Both the position numbers and the translations under genes were made by a program. A model generated the notes under the pieces. That model saw only the letters and a program-made list of their open reading frames with translations. It searched no databases and was not told where the DNA came from. Of a DNA stretch of 64,000 nt, positions 1-10,074 are shown piece by piece. The stretch is from Candidatus Bipolaricaulota bacterium (GTDB lineage: Bacteria > Bipolaricaulota > Bipolaricaulia > UBA7950 > UBA9294): assembly GCA_028277345.1 (NCBI GenBank), contig JANQGM010000011.1:206-64205 (forward strand), given 5' to 3'. Each line of letters begins with the position of its first letter. The first letter of the stretch is position 1.

Positions 1-197
1 ACAACGAGGATTCCCAGCAATGGGTGGACATTCTCTTGCTGCTCTTCGGAGATGTGGCTCCCGGACAACTGAACGTGAATCTACAGAACGGCGGCCGCGT
101 TCGCGCCGTCTATCGGCAGTTCGTCGAACTCTACTAGACGATCCGCATGATTGAGGGGCTCCTCCGGGAGCCCCTATTCTTTGGACAATCTCTTTGC

Positions 198-1316
198 TCA
201 ATCTCCGTAGCGCTCGCGAAACCATGCACGCGCTTGCCGCTCGTTGGAAAACATGCGGACTTGATCCTGGCGCATGCAGGCGCCGAACACCGAGCGAATA
301 TCATCGACGTGCGGATGAGGGCGAAGCGAGTCCGTCAAGAAAACGACCACGTGACAGGATTGGTAAAGCACTTCGGTGGCGATCTCCAAATCTCCCCCCT
401 GAGGTCCCGATCGGTACCGATGAACGCGCGAAGCCAACGATGGAGCCGCTTCCATCACCATCTTCCCCGTGGTCCCCGTACAGAGGATGCGCGAGAAGTT
501 GTCTCGCAGTTGGGGCTCGTGGTCGATCACAAATTGGCGCATGCGATCCTTCATCTGATCGTGTGCAATCAACGCGATGACCGCTTCATCCGGCGTAGAT
601 AGGATGTCGTGATAGGACGTCGTCTCAACCAGCCCTGATGGCGCACAAATCTTGTAGACGGTTCCCGCTCGGTCATGTCGGCTAACCTCAGCCGCTCGAA
701 TCGGAATCGCACGCCCCGTTCCTTCCAAGATGATGGAGGGCGGCCACGGAACAGGATGTCCATCCACAGCTTGGGAGGCAGACAATGCCGCCCACTCCAA
801 CACGGATCCAACGTTCATGAACGTGCTGACGTGCAAGAGGTCGGCCAACCTGAACAACGCAAGGTTTTCAGGATGCAGCCAGTGGCTGGTAGTCGGAGAG
901 AAGAAGGGCCACAGAAGCCGAATGGTCCCACGAGCGACAAGACATCCCAGCAGAATGCCCCCGCCCTCTGACTTGCCCTCGGGCAAACGCAAGACGCCGC
1001 ACGTGTTGTGAATCCAATCCCACGTCGCATCGTTGACTGGCCGGATGCCGCCGCCTTTTCCGGTCACGACGCGTACGTACGTTCCTCCGGAGAACGCAAA
1101 CGCATACTCACGCCACCACGGCTTCTCGCCGTGCTGTGCATGGAGTTCTTCCAGAAGCCGTGCCAATGAATCGTTGCGATTCGTCGAATCGCGACTCGCC
1201 AGGACGCCGATCAACGTCTTGTTCACCGTCTCCACCTCGCTTTCCGGTGTCGTGCCTGAGGCCCTAACCCGTACCGCCCCAGACTGTTTTTCGAAGCCCC
1301 AGCATGGGTCCTCCAT
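198..1316 (-). CDS. MGS-like domain protein (C-terminal methylglyoxal synthase-like fold: AHDxxK...TGTTG...GGD motifs) with N-terminal domain of unknown function
   Basis: 372-aa ORF; C-terminal ~120 aa (ALIAHDQMKD...CTGTTGKMV...SGPQGGDLEIA...HVVVFLTD) matches the methylglyoxal-synthase-like fold signature; N-terminal half unassigned. Start codon has poor RBS spacing. Confidence 0.4.
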   Translation of the reverse strand: MEDPCWGFEKQSGAVRVRASGTTPESEVETVNKTLIGVLASRDSTNRNDSLARLLEELHAQHGEKPWWREYAFAFSGGTYVRVVTGKGGGIRPVNDATWDWIHNTCGVLRLPEGKSEGGGILLGCLVARGTIRLLWPFFSPTTSHWLHPENLALFRLADLLHVSTFMNVGSVLEWAALSASQAVDGHPVPWPPSIILEGTGRAIPIRAAEVSRHDRAGTVYKICAPSGLVETTSYHDILSTPDEAVIALIAHDQMKDRMRQFVIDHEPQLRDNFSRILCTGTTGKMVMEAAPSLASRVHRYRSGPQGGDLEIATEVLYQSCHVVVFLTDSLRPHPHVDDIRSVFGACMRQDQVRMFSNERQARAWFRERYGD

Positions 1317-1396
1317 CCCTCCGTGTCAAGAACGCCGTCTCCAAATCCACGTTGCCGCCTGGGCAAACAGCGGGCGCTTCCCCAGGCGGCAGAGGC

Positions 1397-3613
1397 ATGA
1401 GGGATCACGTATCCTATAGGCATCCGAATCTGGATGGGGGGAGTTCGTTGGATCGCGTACTTGAGATTCTAAAGCAGTATTGGGGGTACGAAACCTACCT
1501 TCCTCAACAGCGTGAGGCCATCGCCTGTGGCGTGGCGGGCCGTGATTCGCTCGTCGTCCTGCCCACGGGAGGCGGGAAATCCCTCTGTTTTCAAGTTCCC
1601 GCCATGCGTTTGCCGGGAATGGCCATCGTCGTCAGCCCGCTACTGTCGCTCATGAAGGATCAAGTCGACGCCCTCACCGAGAACGGCATCGCCGCCGCCC
1701 GGATTGACAGCACGCAGACCCCGGATGAGCGAGACGACGTTCTCGCTTCCATTCGGCGTCAGGAACTCAAGATCGTTTACGTGAGTCCCGAACGCTTGAT
1801 GATGAACGGATTCGCCGACTTCTTGAAGCAGCATCCCATCTCCATGATCGCCATCGATGAAGCGCACTGCGTCAGCATGTGGGGACACGATTTCCGTCCC
1901 GAATATCGCCGTTTGGGGCAGCTGAAAACCACATTCCCGGACACAGCCATCCACGCCTATACCGCCACGGCAACGCAGCACGTCCGCGATGATATCGTCG
2001 AGCAACTGCATTTGGTCAATCCGAAGGTCCTCGTGGGGTCGTTCGATCGGCCGAACCTCATTTATTCCGTTGAACGCCGAACCGAGGTTCTACGTCAAGT
2101 TCGGGAAGTCCTCGATCGCCACAAGGGGGAATCATCCATCGTCTACTGCATTCGCCGGGCCGACGTGGATGATCTGGTTGACCAACTTCGCGATGTCGGC
2201 TATCGCGTCGCCGGGTATCACGCCGGGCTGCTGGATCGGGAGCGCAAAGCGGCGCAGAACGCGTTCATTCGAGATGAAGTCGATATCATCGTTGCCACCG
2301 TCGCCTTCGGCATGGGGATCAACAAGCCCAATGTCCGCGCCGTCATCCATGCCGGTATGCCGAAGTCCCTGGAGCACTACCAGCAAGAATCCGGACGCGC
2401 GGGGCGCGATGGACTCGACGCCGAGTGCGTTCTGCTCTATGGCGGAAACGACTACGGTACCTGGAAATACATCATCGAACAGTCCGAATCCGAGCAGGCC
2501 GTTCGCATCGCCCTTCAGAAGTTGGGAGACATGTCCTCGTATGCATCGGGCGTCATCTGCCGCCATCGTGCGCTTGTGGAGTACTTCGGCCAAACCTTGG
2601 AGGCCGACAACTGCAAGGCCTGTGACGTGTGTTTCGGAGATTTGGAGTTGGCTGAGGACGCCCTCGTCGTCTCGCAGAAGATCCTGTCCTGCGTCTTCCG
2701 CCTCGACCAACGCTTTGGCGCCGATTACACCGCCAACATCCTGTTAGGGTCGAAGGAACAGCGCATTCTGCAAGCGGGGCACAATGACCTCTCCACCTAT
2801 GGACTGCTATCGGAGTTCACCAAGAAACGTGTTCGCGACTGGATCGAACAGCTGGTGGGGCAAGGCTATCTCGTCAAGGGCGGGGAGTACAACGTCCTCT
2901 CCATCTCGGAGCGCGGTTGGAAGGCCCTCCGCGGAGAAGAGACGCCGCGGCTACTGAAACCTGCCGAGCGCTCGCGCAAGCATACGGTTCTTGAGGATTC
3001 TTGGGAAGGCGTCGATCGCGGGCTGTTTGACACGCTTCGCGTGCTCCGGCGCAAACATGCGACCGCGCGAAACGTCCCCGCCTACATCGTGTTCGGGGAT
3101 GCCTGCCTGCGTGACATGGCGCGTCGGCGTCCATCGTCCATCGAGGGATTTCTTGAGGTCAGCGGCGTCGGACAAGCGAAAGCCCGGCAATACGGCGAGG
3201 AGTTCGTGGCCACGATTGCCGAGTACTGCCGCACTCACGCGCTCGATCGGGATATCGATCCATCCGTGAAGCCGGTTCCGAAACCCGCTCGGTGCAAGAA
3301 ACGCACGCGGGCGACCCTCGACCTTTCCCGGCAACTCGCCTTTGGACGCTTCGAGAAGGGCGAATCCATCATCGCCGTCTCCGACGCCATCGAGAAGAAG
3401 CCGGAGGTTGCCATCAAGTACCTACTCGACTACATCGCGCAAGAGGGTCTTACCACGCCTGAACCGTGGGTTGATCTGGGCACCTTCGATCGCATCGCCG
3501 ACGTCGCCAAGATCAAGGGAACAGCGAGGATTATGGCAATCCTGAAAGAGGTTTCAGATGTTGCGGACTATGACCAGGTCAAGATTTCCATTGAATGCCT
3601 CAAGAACCTCTAG
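1397..3613 (+). CDS. recQ: ATP-dependent DNA helicase RecQ (with ~130-aa extra C-terminal extension after HRDC)
   Basis: Helicase motifs I-VI (LPTGGGKSLCFQ, DEAHC, SATAT, RQC zinc region CRH...CKACDVC), HRDC-like segment; start moved to internal ATG (MRDHV) to avoid overlap with upstream minus-strand gene. Confidence 0.9.
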   Translation: MRDHVSYRHPNLDGGSSLDRVLEILKQYWGYETYLPQQREAIACGVAGRDSLVVLPTGGGKSLCFQVPAMRLPGMAIVVSPLLSLMKDQVDALTENGIAAARIDSTQTPDERDDVLASIRRQELKIVYVSPERLMMNGFADFLKQHPISMIAIDEAHCVSMWGHDFRPEYRRLGQLKTTFPDTAIHAYTATATQHVRDDIVEQLHLVNPKVLVGSFDRPNLIYSVERRTEVLRQVREVLDRHKGESSIVYCIRRADVDDLVDQLRDVGYRVAGYHAGLLDRERKAAQNAFIRDEVDIIVATVAFGMGINKPNVRAVIHAGMPKSLEHYQQESGRAGRDGLDAECVLLYGGNDYGTWKYIIEQSESEQAVRIALQKLGDMSSYASGVICRHRALVEYFGQTLEADNCKACDVCFGDLELAEDALVVSQKILSCVFRLDQRFGADYTANILLGSKEQRILQAGHNDLSTYGLLSEFTKKRVRDWIEQLVGQGYLVKGGEYNVLSISERGWKALRGEETPRLLKPAERSRKHTVLEDSWEGVDRGLFDTLRVLRRKHATARNVPAYIVFGDACLRDMARRRPSSIEGFLEVSGVGQAKARQYGEEFVATIAEYCRTHALDRDIDPSVKPVPKPARCKKRTRATLDLSRQLAFGRFEKGESIIAVSDAIEKKPEVAIKYLLDYIAQEGLTTPEPWVDLGTFDRIADVAKIKGTARIMAILKEVSDVADYDQVKISIECLKNL

Positions 3614-3759
3614 TGCCCCAGGATTGCCAATCGAAGGTCCCACACTTGGGATCTTCGATCAAGCAACTGGGAACTATGCCATGGGCCAGTTCCTTCGAGG
3701 AGTCTTTCGACTCCTCGGGGCAAACACGAAAACCTCGCGAGGGCAATCCAAGAGATGAT

Positions 3760-4400
3760 GCCCTCGCAAGCGGCTCCTTCCAATAATCAAATGAGCCGCC
3801 AGTTGCCGATGGCTGGGAACTCTTCGAGTTCCGACGAGCACATCATCTCTTGGACTGTGCTCGTGTTCGTTTAGGAGCTTGATGGCGAAGCATCTTACGA
3901 CGACATCACAATTAGCCTCGCCTGTCTAGAAAACGGCAACTAGGCCATGAGCCAGTTGCTGGGGAGAAGCTTCCAGCTTCTCCGATCCACGCTCTTTCAA
4001 TATCGACATGAGGCGTTGGCAGCGCATGCAAGTATTAGAAGGCGCTGTCTACGACCGCATCAAGTCAACGACTGCGTTCGAAATACGTTGTCGATCCCGA
4101 GGACACTCAAAGACTTGATGTCCTCGCCAAGCAACTAGCCCTTGGCATAGTTGCCAGACCCTTCCAATGGTTACATGGGCAGCCAATGGCCGGGAACTCT
4201 TCGAGTTCCTACGAGCACATCATCTCTTGACTGTGCTCGTGTCCGATCAAGAGTTGAACGGCGAGGCCAGCTACGACGACATAAAATAAGCATCGCATGC
4301 CTCATCAACCTTGGGTAGCCCATACACGAGGACGATCAGAGACTTGATGTCCTCGTCGCGGCTCCCCCGATCGTTGAATGAGCCGCCACTCGTAGCGCGC
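3760..4400. repeat. Cluster of REP/MITE-like hairpin modules in a ~1-kb gene-poor 3' intergenic region; includes ~110-bp imperfect direct repeat (3795-3916 vs 4179-4291) each containing tandem hairpins GGAACTC-ttc-GAGTTCC and CGAGCACA-N13-TGTGCTCG
   Basis: Seen directly: near-identical segments 'gggaactcttcgagttcc(g/t)acgagcacatcatctctt(g)gactgtgctcgtgt' at both sites; module 'agacttgatgtcctcg..gcaact' recurs at 3760, 4111, 4340; core 'gttgccagacccttccaatggttacatg' at 4150. Confidence 0.6.
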
Positions 4401-4563
4401 GCTGAGCTGTTCGAACCAGAGAAATGGATACTTTCTGGTATCCATTTCTCTGAGGAACGCGCTCATGGCAGCGTTCCCAGCTCATCATTGCCGCTTGCCG
4501 CCAGATGTTTGGCGCAGTTGCGCCAAACTCTGACCTGCCCCTTCTATGCGACAAATGGGCAGG

Positions 4564-5130
4564 CTATGGCACCGGCGGCGCCTCGATGGTAATGGTAAAG
4601 CTGAATCTCAGGCCGTTACAGCTTCGCACCTCTCCCACCCGGAGATCGAGGTACAACTGCCCGTAGGGCGGGCAACACGGAATATCGCAAATCAGCGGCG
4701 TGTAGCAGTCGCAAAGGCATGCACAGAAGGATCGGCACGCATCGACGATGCGAACGGGATAGGCCACATCCGAATCCGTCGTCATCACGATGACGTTGTA
4801 GTAGCCGGGCGCCACGATCTGGCCGTCTTCGTTCGCCAAATCCCATTCCATGACTTCCAACCGGTTGCGCGGTTCGCCATCGAAAACGACGGTTCGAACG
4901 ACGTTTCCTTCTTTGGTTTCGATACGCCATCCGAAGATCCGTGGATTCTGCGTATAGCCATTGACCTGAAACCAATCCATCGGCACGACAAGTGAGAACT
5001 CAATCGTCTCGTTGGTTTTGAAGACAAGATAGCAGTCCGGATCGACATCGATACCGCAGCCGCATTGGGAAGTCGCGATCAACGATGTCGAAAGAACAAG
5101 AAAGAGCGCAAGGATGCCAACAGATCTCAT
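4564..5130 (-). CDS. Secreted cysteine-rich hypothetical protein (signal peptide; Cys-rich C-terminus)
   Basis: 188 aa; N-terminal hydrophobic signal MRSVGILALFLVLSTSLIA; strong GGGAGG RBS upstream of ATG; many Cys in C-terminal third. Preferred over overlapping + ORF 4546..4995. Confidence 0.6.
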   Translation of the reverse strand: MRSVGILALFLVLSTSLIATSQCGCGIDVDPDCYLVFKTNETIEFSLVVPMDWFQVNGYTQNPRIFGWRIETKEGNVVRTVVFDGEPRNRLEVMEWDLANEDGQIVAPGYYNVIVMTTDSDVAYPVRIVDACRSFCACLCDCYTPLICDIPCCPPYGQLYLDLRVGEVRSCNGLRFSFTITIEAPPVP

Positions 5131-5397
5131 GGTGTACCTCCCCTTTTCTCAGACCAAAGCCGTTTGGTTCCCACTCACGTCAGACCTACTCGCCCCAATC
5201 GAGAAAGTTTCACGCCCCGTTTTATGCACGAGCGTCTCCAGGATATGGCTGCGCAGAATTCCTTCATCACACCTTCGCGCCAACCACATACCCCACAGCC
5301 ATTCTTAGTTCGCCCGAACCGATGACGCATCGGGCGAAACAAGCCAGCCCAGGCAGTCGGCGTCCTCGCCGCGACACAACAAGGGCAGGAGGATAGG

Positions 5398-6990
5398 ATG
5401 AAGAGATTGGACGCAAGGACACTCACAGTGGCGACAGCTCTTGTCGTGACGCTTGCCATCGCCGGACTCGGCCAACGCGTGGGGACGCACGACGATTTCG
5501 ACCTCACCGCCGTCATCGAAGAAGCTTACTGGTATTCGCGCTACAACCTCGGTCATCTCACCATGCGCGCCGGCATGGGAGACACCTTCATGCCGGATAT
5601 GGAGATGGTCGAGATGATGATCGCCATGGCCGACGCCGATCCGGCTGACGGCGACATCGTCAGCCCTCCAATGAATCCCGCGCTGCTCAAGAGCGTGTTC
5701 GCCTCAGGAGAACCGTTCTGGACACAGCCCGCCGCCCCCTCAGATTTCGCCACCTTGCGGTGGGATCCATCGACCTTCGATACCCGCGTCACCGGGTCCG
5801 CCCTAGGGTGGACGATCCTGAAGGAGTTGGAGTGGGCCAAGCAGTTCCACATCGACTGGCACTTCGGGACCGTGGACGATGACTTCGGAGCCCAATGGCG
5901 GTTCATGGGACTGGTTCTGACCGCAATGGCCGAAATGCAGGCGCTGGATTGGATCGAACGCCATGCCGCCGGAGAGATGACGATGGTCGACAAATCCGAC
6001 CCGTTCGTCATGCTGATGGCCCTCTCCAGCCTCGCCGATGTGCTCGGCGCCGACGCCATGCCGCATAGCCGGTCCAATCGCTACTACGATCCCGAAAGCG
6101 CCGCGCTCTTCAGGCGCGTTGCCAACGAGCAGTTCGATCGCGTAGTCGTAATCCCGAGTGAGAGCATGACGGTCAAAGAACTGGCCACCGCCATCCAAGG
6201 ACTGGTGTGGTATGCCTCTATCACTGCGGATCAGGGTCGGCATCGCCGGGCGTTGGATCACATCGCGACGTTGGGAGAGCTGCTACGCGAGCGTTCGGCA
6301 TTGACAGCGGCGGCCAAGGGCTACGCCATCCGCGGCCTCATCGAGGTCTTCCGCGTCCTCGATGATCGCGACGCCCTGAATGCAGCCGATCGCTTGGTCG
6401 AGGAACTCTCGATGGACTATGACGAGGACTACGGCATCTTCAGATCCCAGTTGAACTACTCGATCGATGATGTCGCCGCCATCGTCGGCGGGCTGAACGC
6501 CGCCATGCTGCATGGCGATGTGCACGGTGCGCTGGCGGAAAAGCTGCTGGTCGGATTCTTCGAAGCGGCCGTCAATCTCAGTGGACTTCAGCTGAGTGCG
6601 CCTCCTGCGGAAGCCGGGAAGAGCGCCTTTGAGCTTGGAGCGCCCGACCTTTATTACCGCTATCCCACCCTTCCGCTTCCCGGAGAGGTGGGAGACTACG
6701 GCGTCGCTCCCGTCACGGCGTCATCGGTCGCGTTTGATCCCAGCTCGAACACATGGACCGTCACGAATACCCGCTTTGATACCGCCGGCGCCATGCATGC
6801 GGCCAACGAGTTCATCTGGCTGCATGCCAACCAGGTCAACGGCTTCCCCATCGTCGGCGAGCGGGCGCACACAGAGCCGATGTCAGCGCAAACCGAGGAG
6901 AGGACCCGGCTTCCGTTGCTGGTTCGTCTCATCGGCCACGTGGGCCTCGTTTTGCTGGTGGCGCTGCTTGTGACCATGATTCGAGATTAA
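5398..6990 (+). CDS. Hypothetical exported/membrane-anchored protein (N-terminal signal/anchor, C-terminal TM helix)
   Basis: 530 aa; RBS GGAGG before ATG; N-terminal hydrophobic segment and C-terminal LIGHVGLVLLVALLVTMI helix; no recognizable catalytic motif. Confidence 0.55.
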   Translation: MKRLDARTLTVATALVVTLAIAGLGQRVGTHDDFDLTAVIEEAYWYSRYNLGHLTMRAGMGDTFMPDMEMVEMMIAMADADPADGDIVSPPMNPALLKSVFASGEPFWTQPAAPSDFATLRWDPSTFDTRVTGSALGWTILKELEWAKQFHIDWHFGTVDDDFGAQWRFMGLVLTAMAEMQALDWIERHAAGEMTMVDKSDPFVMLMALSSLADVLGADAMPHSRSNRYYDPESAALFRRVANEQFDRVVVIPSESMTVKELATAIQGLVWYASITADQGRHRRALDHIATLGELLRERSALTAAAKGYAIRGLIEVFRVLDDRDALNAADRLVEELSMDYDEDYGIFRSQLNYSIDDVAAIVGGLNAAMLHGDVHGALAEKLLVGFFEAAVNLSGLQLSAPPAEAGKSAFELGAPDLYYRYPTLPLPGEVGDYGVAPVTASSVAFDPSSNTWTVTNTRFDTAGAMHAANEFIWLHANQVNGFPIVGERAHTEPMSAQTEERTRLPLLVRLIGHVGLVLLVALLVTMIRD

Positions 6991-7173
6991 CGGAGAGAAC
7001 GCCGTCGCCTGCAGACGACGGCGTATCCAAAGGAAGCAGCCCGCTCATCCAGAGCGGGTTGCTTTCGTCTTGCAGGGGTCTAATCACGACCTCATCGAGA
7101 AAACGTCATCCGCGCAGCTAGCTCTACAGTCCTGAGCGTCCCATCCCAGGAACCGGATTCCGGCCCCAATCCT

Positions 7174-7189
7174 GTGTGATACGTATCAC
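7174..7189. promoter_or_regulatory. Perfect 16-bp palindrome TGTGATACGTATCACA (CRP/FNR-type TGTGA-N6-TCACA) at 5' end of MFS transporter ORF
   Basis: Seen in sequence; matches the CRP-family half-site spacing exactly; overlaps the annotated GTG of ORF 7176. Confidence 0.35.
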
Positions 7190-8573
7190 AGAAACATGCA
7201 GGGGCGACTCACCGCTGATCAGAACCGATGTCCCACTGATTCCCCGATGGAACTCGCTTATCATCACTGCCGGACGGAATCCCGCGCAAGGCAAGTCCAC
7301 GCCAATCGGGATCGACGTTCAGGGGGAACGTTTGACCGCATCCAGACGGTACATTCAACGAATCCAACAATTTGGCTCAAATGCTCGGTGGTACCTTCTG
7401 TTCAGCATGATGAGCGGCTTCGCCTTGGGCATCATCCGCCTGCTTTTCAACTTCTACGTCCTTTCCATTGGCTACGAATCAAGTGTGATGGGACTGCTGG
7501 TCGGACTCCCTCCGCTCATCATTACCTTCGCCGCCATCCCCATGGGAATCCTTGGGCATCGTGTCGGGTTCCGGCTCGCACTCATGATTGGAGCGGGACT
7601 GATGACGACGGCCATGTTGGGGCTCTCCTTGTCATCGGCTATGGTGGGACTCATTGCCTTCTCAATCCTGAGAGGCTTCGCGATGACGTTGCTCCAGGTG
7701 AGCAGCGCGCCATTCATGGCGGAAAACTCGGATGTTGGAGAACGCACGCATCTGTTCAGCGTCCAGTTTGCCTCGCGGTCCATGGCGAACTTCGGAGGAT
7801 TGCTTCTCGCAGGCGTGTTGCCGGGCATCGTCGCCGCCCTCCTCGGGGTCGATCCAGAATCGACGACCGCCTACCGGGGCGCCATCATGACAGGTGCCGC
7901 CATCTATGCGCTGTCCATCCTGCCTCTGTTGCGAACTCGAGTTCCTGAAACGGCGTTCGATCGAAGGATGACGTTCCGCTGGAAAGAGATGTTCCATCCC
8001 CCCGGGTTGCTCTTGAAGCTGTTCCTCCCCCAAGTCGTCATCGGGTTTGGTGCCGGAGCATTGGTGCCATTCCTTAATGTGTTCTTCAAGACCAAGTTTG
8101 ATATGGGCGATTCATGGTTGGGATTGCTGTTCGCTTTCCAGTCGGGCTTCATGGCTTTGGCCACGTTCTCGGGACCGATGCTAGCCGAGCGCTGGGGGAA
8201 GGTACGATCTGTTATCGGCGTTCAACTCTCGTCGATTCCCTTCCTAATCTTGCTTGGCTACTCGCCCATCCTCTCCCTTTCCGCTGTGGGTTTCTTGCTC
8301 CGTGCCGCCTTGATGAATGCCGCCAACCCGCTCTACACCGCCTTCGCCATGGAGCAGGTCTCGGCCAAACAGCGCGGCACCGCCAGTGCGTTGATGCAAA
8401 TGAGTTGGCAAGGCACACGCTCCATCAGCTCGTTCATGAGCGGCGCGCTCCAAGAAGTCAGCGGCTTCTCTGCCTTGTTCCCCATTACGATCGTCATGTA
8501 CCTATCAACATCTGTACTCATGTACTTCTTCTTTGTGAGAAACAGGACAAAGACGACCGGACAAGGAGAGTGA
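7176..8573 (+). CDS. MFS family transporter (true start probably downstream, near 7346-7408)
   Basis: 12 predicted TM helices, typical MFS loop motifs (GxLaDRxGrR-like 'GILGHRVGFR'); N-terminal 75 aa of ORF non-hydrophobic and probably not translated. Confidence 0.75.
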   Translation: MIRITETCRGDSPLIRTDVPLIPRWNSLIITAGRNPAQGKSTPIGIDVQGERLTASRRYIQRIQQFGSNARWYLLFSMMSGFALGIIRLLFNFYVLSIGYESSVMGLLVGLPPLIITFAAIPMGILGHRVGFRLALMIGAGLMTTAMLGLSLSSAMVGLIAFSILRGFAMTLLQVSSAPFMAENSDVGERTHLFSVQFASRSMANFGGLLLAGVLPGIVAALLGVDPESTTAYRGAIMTGAAIYALSILPLLRTRVPETAFDRRMTFRWKEMFHPPGLLLKLFLPQVVIGFGAGALVPFLNVFFKTKFDMGDSWLGLLFAFQSGFMALATFSGPMLAERWGKVRSVIGVQLSSIPFLILLGYSPILSLSAVGFLLRAALMNAANPLYTAFAMEQVSAKQRGTASALMQMSWQGTRSISSFMSGALQEVSGFSALFPITIVMYLSTSVLMYFFFVRNRTKTTGQGE

Positions 8574-8673
8574 GGGCGATCGCCAGCTTCAACGTCATCC
8601 CGTTCGAAACGCCCATGGCTACCATTCTCAGTCATGGCCACGAAAAAACTGAATTCCCAAGGAGGAAAACAGG

Positions 8674-9549
8674 ATGACTGTTCCCGCCCTCTTGCTTGCC
8701 TTGGCCGCAACGCTCTGCTGGTCAACCACCTGGGTTCTCATGAAGGCGGGAGTCGATCGCATGGATCGCACCACCCTCGGCTTTCTCCGTCCGTGGATGG
8801 GTCTGCTTTTCATCGTTCCCTATGCCTGGGCAACGAACGGCTTCGTCTTCGGATCGCCTTCGCTGGTTTGGATAGGACTGGGAAGCGGATTCCTGAACGC
8901 CTTCCTCGGCGTAGCCCTTTTCTATTTCGCGCTTTCGCAAGGATCGATGCACCAGACCAACATCTTGGCTGGCACCAATCCGTTCTGGGGCGCACTCAGT
9001 GCCATCCTCATTCTCAACGAGCCGGCTCGAGGGTCCACATTCATCGCCGCAGGGCTGATCGTCGCGGGAACTTATTTCCTCGCACGGCGAAGCCGCGGCG
9101 ACTCGTCGAAAGCCCACCGGCTGCTCCCGACCCTTGCTGCGCTGGGCGCCGGTGTCTTGTGGGGGTTTACCGTCGCCGTCCCGAGCAAGTACTGCATCAT
9201 GAACGGCATGAGCCCGATCGCCTACCAGCTGCTGTTTACCGCGACTGGGGCTATAGGATGGACACTCGTTGCCATGCCGCGCTTGGTTCGCCGGACGCTC
9301 GCGATCTCTCGAAAAGGCGTTTGGATTGCACTTGTCTCCGCCTTCACAGGTTTCTTCGTTGGTTGGGTGTTCTGGCTACGGGCCATGCGCCAGGTGGATG
9401 CCAGCGCATTGGCCCCGCTCAACGGACTCACCCTCTTCTTTGCAGTTCTCCTCGGCGCTCTGTTCTTTAAACAGCGAATCACGCTGCGCATCGCGCTCGG
9501 AGGAGCGCTCATGCTGGCCGGCGTTACAGTGATTTCGCTATTCGGCTAG
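8674..9549 (+). CDS. EamA/DMT superfamily permease
   Basis: 291 aa, 10 TM segments in two EamA-like halves; RBS GGAGGAAAACAGG before ATG. Confidence 0.85.
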   Translation: MTVPALLLALAATLCWSTTWVLMKAGVDRMDRTTLGFLRPWMGLLFIVPYAWATNGFVFGSPSLVWIGLGSGFLNAFLGVALFYFALSQGSMHQTNILAGTNPFWGALSAILILNEPARGSTFIAAGLIVAGTYFLARRSRGDSSKAHRLLPTLAALGAGVLWGFTVAVPSKYCIMNGMSPIAYQLLFTATGAIGWTLVAMPRLVRRTLAISRKGVWIALVSAFTGFFVGWVFWLRAMRQVDASALAPLNGLTLFFAVLLGALFFKQRITLRIALGGALMLAGVTVISLFG

Positions 9550-9622
9550 CCTTGCCTTCACAACCCATTGCGCGTTGCTTGCCGTTCGTAACTCTCCAGA
9601 TCATCTCACACGAGCGAAATCT

Positions 9623-9691
9623 AAGACCTGATGTCCCCGCTGAGCAACTAGCCCGTCGCATAGTTGCCAAGCCCTTCCAATACGCAGATGG
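9623..9691. repeat. Copy of dispersed REP-like element (GATGTCC(C/T)CGC..GCAACTAGCCC..GTTGCCA(A/G)(G/A)CCCTTCCAAT)
   Basis: ~85% identical over ~70 bp to element at 4111-4180. Confidence 0.6.
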
Positions 9692-9738
9692 ATTACCAAT
9701 CTCAAAAACAGCTGATTGGGAGAAAATGACAACGTAAA

Positions 9739-9891
9739 GAACCGCTACGGTCTGTGGTCCAGACGTTGTTCCCGCGCACGATCGACCTTGTGCCGTATCG
9801 CTTCGTCCTCTTGAGATGGGTGCAATATCCCATACACGCCCCAAAGCACCGCATAGGTTAGTAGAAGCACGAAGAGTATCCCAAGCATGTT
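9739..9891 (-). CDS. Possible small hydrophobic protein (50 aa, MLGILFVLLLTYAVLWGVYGIL...)
   Basis: Not in ORF track (<60 aa); single TM helix, GGGAGG 13 nt upstream of ATG; weak evidence. Confidence 0.25.
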
Positions 9892-10074
9892 AGCCGCCAA
9901 ACCTCCCGGCAAGAGAGTCGTGGTCTCACCCTATCTCATCTACTATCAAATGTGAATACCTGTAAAAGAAACCTTTGGGCGGCAGACCATGCGCTAGCCA
10001 AATGAACGCGCTCCATCATTCAGGGCCTCGATCCTATCGCTGGACAGGATCGAGGCTCAGCCAGCGTCAGAAAC

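Noticed and set aside
147-602. + strand 151-aa ORF overlapping the MGS-like gene
   Set aside because: Fully antisense to a longer ORF with recognisable domain motifs, and has no RBS.
3795-4291. Possible CRISPR array (long direct repeats)
   Set aside because: Only two ~110-bp copies, not short regularly spaced repeats; no cas genes.
4546-4995. + strand 149-aa ORF
   Set aside because: Antisense to the signal-peptide/Cys-rich minus-strand gene, which has a strong RBS.
7196-7948. 250-aa Arg/His-rich ORF in alternate frame of MFS gene
   Set aside because: Low-complexity composition typical of out-of-frame translation of GC-rich coding DNA.
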